Below the pieces are notes generated by a model. That model had not been told where the DNA came from. It did no database searches and saw nothing but the letters and a program-made list of their open reading frames with translations. DNA of 51,276 bases from Flavobacteriaceae bacterium TMED179 (GTDB taxonomy: Bacteria; Bacteroidota; Bacteroidia; Flavobacteriales; Flavobacteriaceae). Of this stretch, positions 10,112-18,441 are shown in pieces. Numbering within the stretch: the first letter of the stretch is position 1; each line of letters opens with the position of its first letter. The position numbers and the translations under genes are program-made. The stretch spans positions 10,313 to 61,588 of the forward strand of contig NHIC01000008.1 of NCBI GenBank assembly GCA_002169865.1, written 5' to 3'.

Positions 10112-11323
10112 ATGAAAATCTTAATAATATCAATTTTAACGGGAATATTTCTCTTCGGTACGTACAATAGTAAAAAAAGCTTAGTGGAAATAGAGGGCAT
10201 ATTGTATTCTGATATGGGAATTGTATCCATTAAATCAGACAATGGTAAAATTTCTAAAATTAACAGAATTGAAAGTCAAGGAAAGTCGTTGGAATTATTT
10301 GTTGCTCCAGGTTTAATAGATGTGCAGATTAACGGTTATATGGGTATTGATTTTTCTGGCCCAGAATTGACTATTGAGGGAGTTAGAAAGGCTACCAAAG
10401 CGTTATGGAAAGTTGGAGTAACCTCTTATTTCCCAACAATTATTACAAGTGATATTGAACGAATAAAGGAAAATTTTGCTGTATTAGCAGAAGCCAAAAA
10501 AGATCCAGAAATAGGAAAATCTATCGCTGGATTCCATTTAGAAGGCCCATATATATCACCCTTAAAAGGATTTCGTGGAGCGCATTTAGAGAAGTATATA
10601 AAACTTCCAGATTGGAAAGAGTTCAAAGAAATTCAAAAAGCGGCAAATAATGGAATTAAATTAATTACACTTGCACCAGAACTAGAAGGCGCTATTTCAT
10701 TCATTCAAAATTGTGTTTCTAATGGTGTAGTTGTAGCGTTAGGACATCATAATGGATCTTCAAAAGATATAAAAGAAGCCATAGATGCTGGCGCAAAAAT
10801 TGCAACACATTTAGGGAATGGATGTGCAAATGAAATTAATAGACATCACAATCCAATATGGCCACAACTGTCTGATGATAGAATCACTCCAAGTATTATT
10901 GTCGATGGATTTCATTTAACGAAAGAGGAAGTAAGAAGTTTTTATAAAGTAAAAGGAGTCGATAAAACCATTTTAGTCTCAGATGCGCTTGATTTAGCTG
11001 GATTACCAGTTGGAGAATATATAAGAGGAGAGCGCACTTTGTTGTTAACTGAAAATGTAGTGAAGCTGCCAAAAGAAAATGTACTAGCTGGAGCGGCTTC
11101 TCCAATCAGTAAATGTGTAGGGGTGATCATGAATTATACACAATGTGGACTTCAAGCAGCGATTCAAATGGCAAGTACTAATTCAGCAGAATTACTATAC
11201 TTAAACGAGATTGGAAAGATTGAACCTGGAAAAAGAGCAGATATTATTCAGTTTGCCATGGTAGATGGAGAAATGGTTATTCACAAAACCTTTGTGGCGG
11301 GAGAATTGGTTTATTCGAAATAA
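10112..11323 (+). CDS. nagA: N-acetylglucosamine-6-phosphate deacetylase-like amidohydrolase
   Basis: Shows PGLIDVQINGYMGIDF (E. coli-type QxN in place of HxH), GFHLEGPYISP, ITLAPE, ALGHHNG, ATHLGNG and VSDALD. First ATG at 10112 yields a hydrophobic N-terminus, MKILIISILTGIFLFG. An in-frame GTG at 10184 would give an ordinary cytoplasmic NagA N-terminus. Confidence 0.75.
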   Translation: MKILIISILTGIFLFGTYNSKKSLVEIEGILYSDMGIVSIKSDNGKISKINRIESQGKSLELFVAPGLIDVQINGYMGIDFSGPELTIEGVRKATKALWKVGVTSYFPTIITSDIERIKENFAVLAEAKKDPEIGKSIAGFHLEGPYISPLKGFRGAHLEKYIKLPDWKEFKEIQKAANNGIKLITLAPELEGAISFIQNCVSNGVVVALGHHNGSSKDIKEAIDAGAKIATHLGNGCANEINRHHNPIWPQLSDDRITPSIIVDGFHLTKEEVRSFYKVKGVDKTILVSDALDLAGLPVGEYIRGERTLLLTENVVKLPKENVLAGAASPISKCVGVIMNYTQCGLQAAIQMASTNSAELLYLNEIGKIEPGKRADIIQFAMVDGEMVIHKTFVAGELVYSK

Positions 11324-11411
11324 TTGTAGTTTAGAATTCATTTAGATCCTTTAAGAGAAGCTGAAAGTTAAATAGCGTGTCTTTCCAGAATGATTTACTA
11401 ACCCATGTATG

Positions 11412-11448
11412 TTTATTTTGAATGATTTATTTGAATTTATTTTGAGGA
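11412..11448. repeat. three imperfect tandem copies of TTTATTT(T)GA in the nagA-like/transporter spacer
   Basis: Read directly: tttattttgaatga tttatttgaat ttattttgagga, about 125-160 nt upstream of the ATG at 11573. Confidence 0.5.
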
Positions 11449-11572
11449 TTTGGGGTATTACGAATTAGAAATAACTAAAAGTTTATAATATTTTAATAAT
11501 CTCTCAAGGTTAAAAGATTATGGTATTGTGAGCGTTTTTGAATACTTAGACATAAAAATGGTATAAGATAAT

Positions 11573-12814
11573 ATGGCGAAAAGATACATTACTAAAAAAG
11601 TACTAATTGGCTTAAATGCCGTAGGTCCCGGATTATTTTTGATAGGATATAATATTGGGACTGGAAGTATTACAACCATGGCAAAAACAGGAGCAAAACA
11701 CGGTATGTCACTTTTTTGGGCGTTACTTCTATCTTGTATTTTAACTTATATATTAATGGTTTCTTATGGAAAAGTAACTCTTGTTTCAGGCCATACGGCC
11801 TTGTACAATTTCAAAAAACAATTTAAATACGGTTGGCTATTATCTATATATATTATAATTGCGCTCATAATAGGAGAGTTGCTTGCCTTAACTGGAATTA
11901 TGGGAATTGTTTCTGATTTAATTCAGGAAGGTATTCGATTAGCCTTTGATGATTTGATAATTGATACTGGTTGGATCATTTTATTTTTTGTTGTAGGATT
12001 ATACTTTCTTGTAATGAATGGTAATTATAAAGTTTTTGAAAAGTTCCTGACTGCATTGGTAATGTTAATGGGGCTTTCTTTTCTAATAGTGTTTTTTATG
12101 CTAAAGCCTAGTTTAGTATCCTTAACAGAAGGAATTATTCCAGGAATACCAGATTCGCCAGGTGCCATGGGATTGATTGCTGCTATTACAGGAACAACTT
12201 GCTCTGCAGCTGTTTTCATTATGCGAAGTACCGTTGTCGCAGAAAAGGGTTGGACAATAAAAGATTTGAAGAAGGAGAAAAAAGATGCTTTTGTTTCAGC
12301 TTCAATGATGTTATTCTTAAGTGGAATTATTATGGCAGTAGCGGCAGGAACCTTAAACGTAATGGGGTTAAATTTAGAGAATACAGTTGACCTAATTCGT
12401 TTATTTGAGCCTATTGGAGGTAAAGTGGCAGCATATGTTTTAATCATTGGAATTGTCGGTGCTGGGTTGTCATCAATATTTCCAATATTACTTATAGCAC
12501 CTTGGTTGATTTCAGATTATAGAGGAATACCGAGAAATATTAGATCAAAAGAATCGAGAATACTAATTATTGTAGCGTTACTTTTTGCATTTGGATCAGT
12601 TTTTCTAGAAGAACGTCCGCCTGCATTAATGATATTTTCTCAAGCCTTTCAAGCATGTATTTTGCCGGCAGTTGCCATCCCAATATTTGTGTTAATAAAT
12701 AAAAAGGAATTAATGAACGATTATACGTCAAAAAGTAAAATAAATATTGGATTGATAGCCGTTATTTTATTTTCGTTGATTACAAGTTATTTTGCTATAA
12801 GTGAATTTTTATAA
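11573..12814 (+). CDS. Nramp-fold (MntH-related) membrane transporter lacking the canonical metal-site motifs
   Basis: 413 aa with about 11 hydrophobic segments. The TM1 region VGPGLFLIGYNIGTGSITTMAKTG aligns to MntH [23 protein letters not shown], but DPGN is replaced by NIGT. The TM6 region ITGTTCSAAVFIMRS has no A-x-x-MPH. Confidence 0.7.
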   Translation: MAKRYITKKVLIGLNAVGPGLFLIGYNIGTGSITTMAKTGAKHGMSLFWALLLSCILTYILMVSYGKVTLVSGHTALYNFKKQFKYGWLLSIYIIIALIIGELLALTGIMGIVSDLIQEGIRLAFDDLIIDTGWIILFFVVGLYFLVMNGNYKVFEKFLTALVMLMGLSFLIVFFMLKPSLVSLTEGIIPGIPDSPGAMGLIAAITGTTCSAAVFIMRSTVVAEKGWTIKDLKKEKKDAFVSASMMLFLSGIIMAVAAGTLNVMGLNLENTVDLIRLFEPIGGKVAAYVLIIGIVGAGLSSIFPILLIAPWLISDYRGIPRNIRSKESRILIIVALLFAFGSVFLEERPPALMIFSQAFQACILPAVAIPIFVLINKKELMNDYTSKSKINIGLIAVILFSLITSYFAISEFL

Positions 12815-12827
12815 AACAAATTGAATT

Positions 12828-13601
12828 ATGAGTCAGAAATTTAAAATAGAGCAATTAGATATAGAAATATTTGATGATAAAGAAGATATGGGATTTGCTG
12901 CAGCCAATTTTGTAGAACAAAAAATCAATTTGGCAATTGCGGATAAAGGAGTTGCACATATTATTTTGGCAACAGGAACCTCACAATTTTCTTTTTTAAA
13001 TGCCTTGAAGAAAAATGATATTGATTGGAATAATGTAATTGTATTTCATTTAGATGAGTACAATGGGATTTCAGATACACACCCTGCAAGTTTTAGAAAA
13101 TATTTAAAAGAGCGAATTTTAGATGAAGTTAATCCTAGGAAGATTTTTTTACTAAATGGAGATGCAGTTGACATTGAAAAGGTCATGAAAGAATACACTA
13201 AAGCATTAGAAAACCATCCTATAGATGTTTCATGTATTGGAATTGGTGAAAACGGACATATCGCTTTTAATGATCCGCCAGTTGCAGCTTTTAATGATTC
13301 TAAAAAGGTTAAAATAGTTGATTTAGATGAAGATTGCCGTAAACAACAATTGGGAGAAGGCTGGTTTCCAACTCTAGAGGATGTGCCTAGGCAAGCTTTA
13401 ACACTTACAATCCCAACAATTTTAAGTGCAAAATCAATAAGTTGTGTAGTACCAGATAAACGGAAATCGGAAGCGGTTAAAAATGCATTACAAGCAGAAA
13501 TTAGTACTGCCTGCCCTGCAACTATTTTGAGAACACATTCAGATACAAAGCTTTTTCTAGATAAATGGGCAGCTGATAAACTTCATTATGCGAGGTCTTA
13601 A
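12828..13601 (+). CDS. nagB: glucosamine-6-phosphate deaminase / 6-phosphogluconolactonase family (NagB-like)
   Basis: Contains ILATGTSQ, FHLDEY and GIGENGHIAFNDP motifs. 257 aa. Confidence 0.8.
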   Translation: MSQKFKIEQLDIEIFDDKEDMGFAAANFVEQKINLAIADKGVAHIILATGTSQFSFLNALKKNDIDWNNVIVFHLDEYNGISDTHPASFRKYLKERILDEVNPRKIFLLNGDAVDIEKVMKEYTKALENHPIDVSCIGIGENGHIAFNDPPVAAFNDSKKVKIVDLDEDCRKQQLGEGWFPTLEDVPRQALTLTIPTILSAKSISCVVPDKRKSEAVKNALQAEISTACPATILRTHSDTKLFLDKWAADKLHYARS

Positions 13602-13685
13602 GTATTCTCCTTTTTTAAAACTACGTTTAATTAAAAGATTTTTAGCTGTATTTTACAATATCAAGGTTTTGGAACTGTTTTAAAT

Positions 13686-13717
13686 AAAAAAGAGAGACGA
13701 TCTTTCAAACATCTCCC
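13686..13717 (-). terminator. intrinsic terminator downstream of the tRNA-Gly/tRNA-Leu pair
   Basis: Minus-strand RNA reads GGGAGAUG-UUUGAAAGAU-CGUCUCUC, an 8-bp stem with 2 G-U pairs, followed by UUUUUUAUUU. Confidence 0.55.
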
Positions 13718-13722
13718 TTCAG

Positions 13723-13807
13723 TACTCGAGGCGGGACTTGAACCCGCACGGCCACAATGGCCATTGGATTTTAAGTCCAACGTGTCTACCAATTCCACCA
13801 CTCGAGC
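13723..13807 (-). tRNA. tRNA-Leu (anticodon UAA), class II with long variable arm; no encoded CCA
   Basis: Hand-folded. Acceptor GCTCGAG/CTCGAGT plus A73, anticodon stem TTGGA/TCCAA with loop CTTAAAA, variable stem GGCC/GGCC, T-arm GCGGG-TTCAAGT-CCCGC. Confidence 0.9.
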
Positions 13808-13825
13808 AGGACTTAAACAAAAAAG

Positions 13826-13897
13826 AGCGAAAGACGGGATTTGAACCCGCGACCCTCACCTTGGCAAGGTGATGCTCTACCCCTGAGCTACTTTCGC
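13826..13897 (-). tRNA. tRNA-Gly (anticodon GCC); no encoded CCA
   Basis: Hand-folded. Acceptor GCGAAAG/CTTTCGC, anticodon stem TCACC/GGTGA with loop TTGCCAA, T-arm GCGGG-TTCAAAT-CCCGT. Confidence 0.9.
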
Positions 13898-14035
13898 TAA
13901 TGGTCTGTAAAAATAGTAAAATCAAGCATTTCTATTCAAAATTTGGCTAAACTTTCTATAACTAATTCTAAAAAATTTTATCATTTCAGAAAAAGAAATT
14001 GGAAGACGGATTAAAAAATATGAGGGATACAACTA

Positions 14036-16711
14036 CTATTTTTTTAGCTGTTGTTTGATCTCATTAAGTTTCATAAGTGCTTCAATTGGTGAAAGGGTAT
14101 CGATATCCAAATCATTGATTTCTTCCCTTAAATTTTCCAAGAGTGGGTCGTCTAAATTGAAAAAACTCAACTGCATTTCATCCTTACCCACTTTTAGACT
14201 TTCGGCATTGGTTTCTAAGGTATTTGACTTTTCCAATCCTTTGAGTTTTTGACTGGCCCGACGAATTACAAATTCTGGTATACCCGCCATTTTGGCAACA
14301 TGGATTCCGAAACTGTGAGCACTACCTCCAGGTACCAATTTCCGTAAAAACAAGACCTTGTCTTCCAACTCCTTTACCGAAACATTAAAATTCTTGATTC
14401 TTGGGAAATCGTGGGTCATTTCATTCAACTCGTGGTAATGGGTAGCGAAAAGCACCTTGGCTTTGACAGGGTGTTCGTGTAGGAATTCGGCAATCGCCCA
14501 TGCGATGGAAATACCATCGTAGGTGCTGGTGCCTCGCCCTATCTCATCTAATAATACCAAACTGTTTTCGGTAATATTATTTAATATTGATGCGGTTTCA
14601 TTCATCTCCACCATAAAGGTAGATTCTCCCATGGAGATATTGTCACTCGCCCCCACTCGGGTAAAGATTTTGTCCATTAACCCTGTTCTCATGGAGGCTG
14701 CAGGAATAAAACTTCCCATCTGCGCCATCAGAACTAAAAGGGCTGTTTGTCTGAGAATGGCCGATTTTCCAGACATATTGGGACCTGTAATCATAATGAT
14801 TTGTTGGGCAACAGGGTCAAGCAATAGATCGTTTGCAATAAAAGGTGTTCCGGGAGGCAATTGATGTTCAATCACAGGATGCCTTCCTTTTTTGACCTCC
14901 AATACAGTACCTTCAGAAAACTTGGGACGGGTGTAGTTGTACTTGATCGCCAAGGCAGCAAAGCACCACAAAACATCCAATCGGGCGATCTGACGGGCAT
15001 TGACTTTCAGTAATTCAATATGAGATTGCATTTCGGTGAGCAATTCCATATACAAACTACTTTCGATGACCTTTATCTTTTCTTCTGCACCCAATATTTT
15101 GGTTTCGTACTCCTTCAATTCCTCAGTGATGTACCGCTCTGCATTAACCAAGGTTTGCTTTCGGATCCAATCCTCTGGCACCTTGTCCTTATGGGTGTTT
15201 GTGACTTCTATATAGTAGCCAAACACGTTGTTAAAAGCAATTTTTAAAGAGGGAATATTGGTGAGTTCACTTTCCCTTTCAAGCATCTTATCGAGGTGAT
15301 TTTTACCCGAACTAAGTAAGTCTCTAAGTTCATCCAGTTCGCTGTTTACCCCTTCAGCAATGACCTCTCCTTTGCTAAGCAATACAGGTGCCTCCGGTTG
15401 GAGGGTTGATTGGATGAAACTGCTGATTTCCTTGGCATCCAAAAAATCTTTAGCCATTTGTTTGAGCACCTTATCGGAGTGATCGGCTAAATAAGACTTC
15501 AGCTGTTCAATTTCTTCCAGTGATTTACCCAGTTGCACCAGTGCCCGCGGACTGATTTTCTGAGTGGCAATCTTAGCCACAATTCTCTCTATATCAACCA
15601 TTTGATTCAGGTAATGGGCAATTTGATCGTAAGCATCGGTATCGTTTACTATAGCTGAGACCGTGTCCAAACGTTTTTCGATTACTTTCAAGTTCCTTTC
15701 TGGAAAGGCCAAACTGTGTTTGAGCATCCTCCCTCCCATCGCCGTGAGGGTCTGATCCAAAACATCTATTAATGCAACACCATTGGGGCTGGTGGACTGA
15801 AACAACTCCAAATTCCGCATGGTAAACCGATCCATCCAAACGTATTCTTCCTCAAATATTCTTTTGACTCCTGTGACGTGGGGAATTTTATTGTGGTGGG
15901 CTTCCTTGAGGTAGTGTAATATCGCACCTGCTGCGATTACTCCTGTTTCTATATTTTCTATCCCAAACCCCTTTAGACCAAGTGTCTTAAAATGGGCAGT
16001 CAATTGATCTACTGCATACTGAGATTCAAAAATCCAATCCTCTAGATAAAAGACATTGAACTCCCCACCCATATAATTGGCAAAAGCTTTTTTCATGGGT
16101 TTAGCAACCAATACCTCATTTGGCGCAAAATTTTGTAACAACTGCTCGATCTGAACTACATTACCCTCAGATACCCAAAAATCTCCTGTGGATATGTCCA
16201 AAAAGGAAACTCCTGTATTGGATTTGCCAAAGTGAAGAGCGGCCAAGAAATTGTTTTTTTTCTGTTCCAGCACCTCATCGTTAAGGGACACTCCTGGCGT
16301 GACCAGTTCAGTCACCCCTCTTTTCACTATTTTTTTGGTCATTTTCGGGTCTTCCAGCTGATCGCAAATTGCCACCCGACACCCGGCCCTTATCAGTTTG
16401 GGTAAATAAGTATTCAAAGAATGGTGTGGAAATCCAGCTAACTCAGTTTCGCTGTTACTACCCGCTCCTCTTTTGGTGAGAATAATCCCCAATATCTTCG
16501 CGGCGCGAACCGCATCGGTTCCAAAGGTCTCATAGAAATCTCCCACCCGAAATAACAACAAAGCATCGGGATACTTTCCCTTAATCTGGTTATACTGCTT
16601 CATTAAAGGGGTTAACTTGCTCGACTTGGCCACTATAGAAAGTGTTTTTGCGAATGTAATTATTAAAAAATTCCTGTAAGAATTGGGTTTTAAAAATTTG
16701 TTAACAAGCAC
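14036..16711 (-). CDS. mutS: DNA mismatch repair protein MutS
   Basis: Contains TPLMKQY...FRVGDFYE, Walker A GPNMSGKS and LLDEIGRGTSTYDG. The track start is GTG at 16711. An in-frame GTG at 16633 (VAKSSKLTPLMKQY) is the more typical N-terminus. Confidence 0.9.
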   Translation of the reverse strand: MLVNKFLKPNSYRNFLIITFAKTLSIVAKSSKLTPLMKQYNQIKGKYPDALLLFRVGDFYETFGTDAVRAAKILGIILTKRGAGSNSETELAGFPHHSLNTYLPKLIRAGCRVAICDQLEDPKMTKKIVKRGVTELVTPGVSLNDEVLEQKKNNFLAALHFGKSNTGVSFLDISTGDFWVSEGNVVQIEQLLQNFAPNEVLVAKPMKKAFANYMGGEFNVFYLEDWIFESQYAVDQLTAHFKTLGLKGFGIENIETGVIAAGAILHYLKEAHHNKIPHVTGVKRIFEEEYVWMDRFTMRNLELFQSTSPNGVALIDVLDQTLTAMGGRMLKHSLAFPERNLKVIEKRLDTVSAIVNDTDAYDQIAHYLNQMVDIERIVAKIATQKISPRALVQLGKSLEEIEQLKSYLADHSDKVLKQMAKDFLDAKEISSFIQSTLQPEAPVLLSKGEVIAEGVNSELDELRDLLSSGKNHLDKMLERESELTNIPSLKIAFNNVFGYYIEVTNTHKDKVPEDWIRKQTLVNAERYITEELKEYETKILGAEEKIKVIESSLYMELLTEMQSHIELLKVNARQIARLDVLWCFAALAIKYNYTRPKFSEGTVLEVKKGRHPVIEHQLPPGTPFIANDLLLDPVAQQIIMITGPNMSGKSAILRQTALLVLMAQMGSFIPAASMRTGLMDKIFTRVGASDNISMGESTFMVEMNETASILNNITENSLVLLDEIGRGTSTYDGISIAWAIAEFLHEHPVKAKVLFATHYHELNEMTHDFPRIKNFNVSVKELEDKVLFLRKLVPGGSAHSFGIHVAKMAGIPEFVIRRASQKLKGLEKSNTLETNAESLKVGKDEMQLSFFNLDDPLLENLREEINDLDIDTLSPIEALMKLNEIKQQLKK

Positions 16712-16743
16712 AGTACCACCTATTATTTACTAATTTTATAAAC

Positions 16744-17277
16744 ATGCGAAAACTAAAAAACAGCGAACTGATCCGCAAGTCGGTCACCGATTTCAAGCAA
16801 GCCCCCAAGACCCCAATGATTTTGATCCTTGACGATGTACGCAGCTTGAATAACATCGGCTCAATTTTCAGGGCTGCCGATGCTTTTTTGATCGAAAAAA
16901 TCTTCCTCTGCGGTATTACCGCTTGCCCTCCACACAAAGATATTCACAAAACAGCACTGGGAGCGACCGAATCTGTGGACTGGGAATATCAAAAAGAGGC
17001 CAAGGAAACTGTAAAACAACTGCAATTGCAAGGGGTAAAGGTTTATGCCATCGAACAAGCAAAACAGGCCCTTTCACTAGAATATTTTGAAGTCATCAAA
17101 GAGGATAAATATGCTTTTGTTCTGGGAAACGAGGTCAAAGGTGTGTCTCAGTTCACCGTGGACCAATGCGATGGAGTAATCGAAATTCCACAAGAGGGTA
17201 CGAAACACTCTTTAAACATCTCGATAGCAACTGGGATAGTCCTTTGGGATTTTTATCAAAAGTTTAAAAAGCCTTGA
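16744..17277 (+). CDS. TrmH/SpoU-family RNA 2'-O-methyltransferase
   Basis: SpoU motifs NIGSIFRAADAF, VLGNEVKGVS and IPQEGTKHSLNISIATGIVLW. 177 aa. Confidence 0.8.
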   Translation: MRKLKNSELIRKSVTDFKQAPKTPMILILDDVRSLNNIGSIFRAADAFLIEKIFLCGITACPPHKDIHKTALGATESVDWEYQKEAKETVKQLQLQGVKVYAIEQAKQALSLEYFEVIKEDKYAFVLGNEVKGVSQFTVDQCDGVIEIPQEGTKHSLNISIATGIVLWDFYQKFKKP

Positions 17278-18373
17278 TCCGTTGTAATATGATCTGATAA
17301 GCCCTTTCATCATTTACAAAATCTAAATCTGTAAGGTCTATTTTTTGATAGCTAAAGGGGAATCCCAATTGGATGAAATTTTGATAACCCACCTCAATTT
17401 TTTTAAGATAATCAGGAGAAATATTTTGTTCATAGGACCTGCCCCTACTTTTGATCTGTTGCTTTATTCTTTCAAGTGGCTGATGGAGAAAAATTACCTT
17501 TTGAAAAACAAACTCTTTACCTACCCACTGATCGTAATTTTTTTTAAAATCTTTATAATCCAAAAAACTAAGATTGATTTTGGCAAAAATCAAGGATTTG
17601 AACAATGAATGATCTGTTACCCCTATTTTTTTTGGAATCTCCCCTTTAAAAAACCCACTAAATTGATGATATCTGTCGGCTAAAAAATAGTTTTCCAAGG
17701 GAAGGGCAAACCGCTCAGGTTGATCGTAAAATTTTTCGAGATAAGGATTTTGGGTGAAGTTTTCCAATAGAGCAGGAACGTTATAATCTTTAGCTATTTT
17801 TTTAGCAAGTGAGGTTTTTCCCACACCAATATTACCTTCAAAAACCAATATTTGATCCTCTATAAATAAATCTGGAGACCATTTTTTTAATGGTATTTTT
17901 TGAGGAGAAGACGAATCAGGGCAAATCTTTGACAAATCTAACATGCTCTTACCCAATTTGGGGTGGACAAAATCTGGGGCCAATTCGCACATGGGAAACA
18001 AAATAAAATTCCGCAATTCCAGACAAGGATGCGGCAATTTCAATCCTTCTACTTCAATAATTTGATTCTCATAAAACAATAAATCCAAGTCGATATTTCG
18101 GGATTTATATACCCCTTCTGGAGATCTTACACGACCCATTTGCTGTTCTATTATCAGCAAATTGTTTAACACTTGAAGCGGCTGCAGTTCAGTTTCAATT
18201 CCTATGCAAGCATTTAGAAAATCCGGACCGTCAAAGCCCCACGAAAGAGTCTCATAGATAGATGACAAATCGATTAAAACCCCTATATCTTTTTGAATTC
18301 GAAAGACTGCCCCTTGGATATTCCCCAGGCGGTCATCCTTATTTGATCCTAGTGAAATATATGCTTTATTCAT
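17264..18373 (-). CDS. folK: fusion protein: HPPK (FolK) N-terminal domain + deoxynucleoside kinase C-terminal domain
   Basis: One uninterrupted ORF. The N-terminal half has AYISLGSN...SSIYET...GRVRS...RNIDLDLL...LKLPHP...RNFILFP (HPPK). The C-terminal half has FEGNIGVGKTS (P-loop), NPYLEKFYDQPERFALPLENYFLADR and SRGRSYEQ (dNK). First ATG is at 18373; the track start 18430 would run over the sppA promoter box. Confidence 0.8.
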   Translation of the reverse strand: MNKAYISLGSNKDDRLGNIQGAVFRIQKDIGVLIDLSSIYETLSWGFDGPDFLNACIGIETELQPLQVLNNLLIIEQQMGRVRSPEGVYKSRNIDLDLLFYENQIIEVEGLKLPHPCLELRNFILFPMCELAPDFVHPKLGKSMLDLSKICPDSSSPQKIPLKKWSPDLFIEDQILVFEGNIGVGKTSLAKKIAKDYNVPALLENFTQNPYLEKFYDQPERFALPLENYFLADRYHQFSGFFKGEIPKKIGVTDHSLFKSLIFAKINLSFLDYKDFKKNYDQWVGKEFVFQKVIFLHQPLERIKQQIKSRGRSYEQNISPDYLKKIEVGYQNFIQLGFPFSYQKIDLTDLDFVNDERAYQIILQRIKAF

Positions 18374-18415
18374 TTTAATCCTATGGTAAATTTCGTAAAA
18401 CAATTTCACAAACCC

Positions 18416-18423
18416 TATCTTTG
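18416..18423 (+). promoter_or_regulatory. Bacteroidetes-type -7 promoter box (TATCTTTG) for sppA
   Basis: Exact match to TAnnTTTG, 19 nt upstream of the ATG at 18442. Confidence 0.45.
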
Positions 18424-18441
18424 AAAACAAAATCCGCAGAC

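Noticed and set aside
12025-12447. 140-aa antisense ORF inside the Nramp-like gene. Similar long shadow ORFs occur at 9098..9505, 14523..14864, 19060..19383, 28452..28820, 41027..41413, 44710..45171 and 50202..50429.
   Set aside because: Each lies fully inside a much longer, motif-supported CDS on the other strand. Their compositions are low-complexity mirrors of that CDS (for example Ser-rich mirrors of Glu-rich tails). No promoter boxes or independent motifs were seen.
13719-13925. 68-aa minus-strand ORF
   Set aside because: It is made up entirely of the tRNA-Leu and tRNA-Gly genes and their spacer, so the ORF is an artefact.
16712-16743. Promoter boxes for the mutS/trmH divergent pair, and for galK, the nagA-like gene, pth and rsmA
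   Set aside because: Only near-matches such as TAATTTTA and TAAATTTC are present. These are not exact TAnnTTTG matches, so they were not called.
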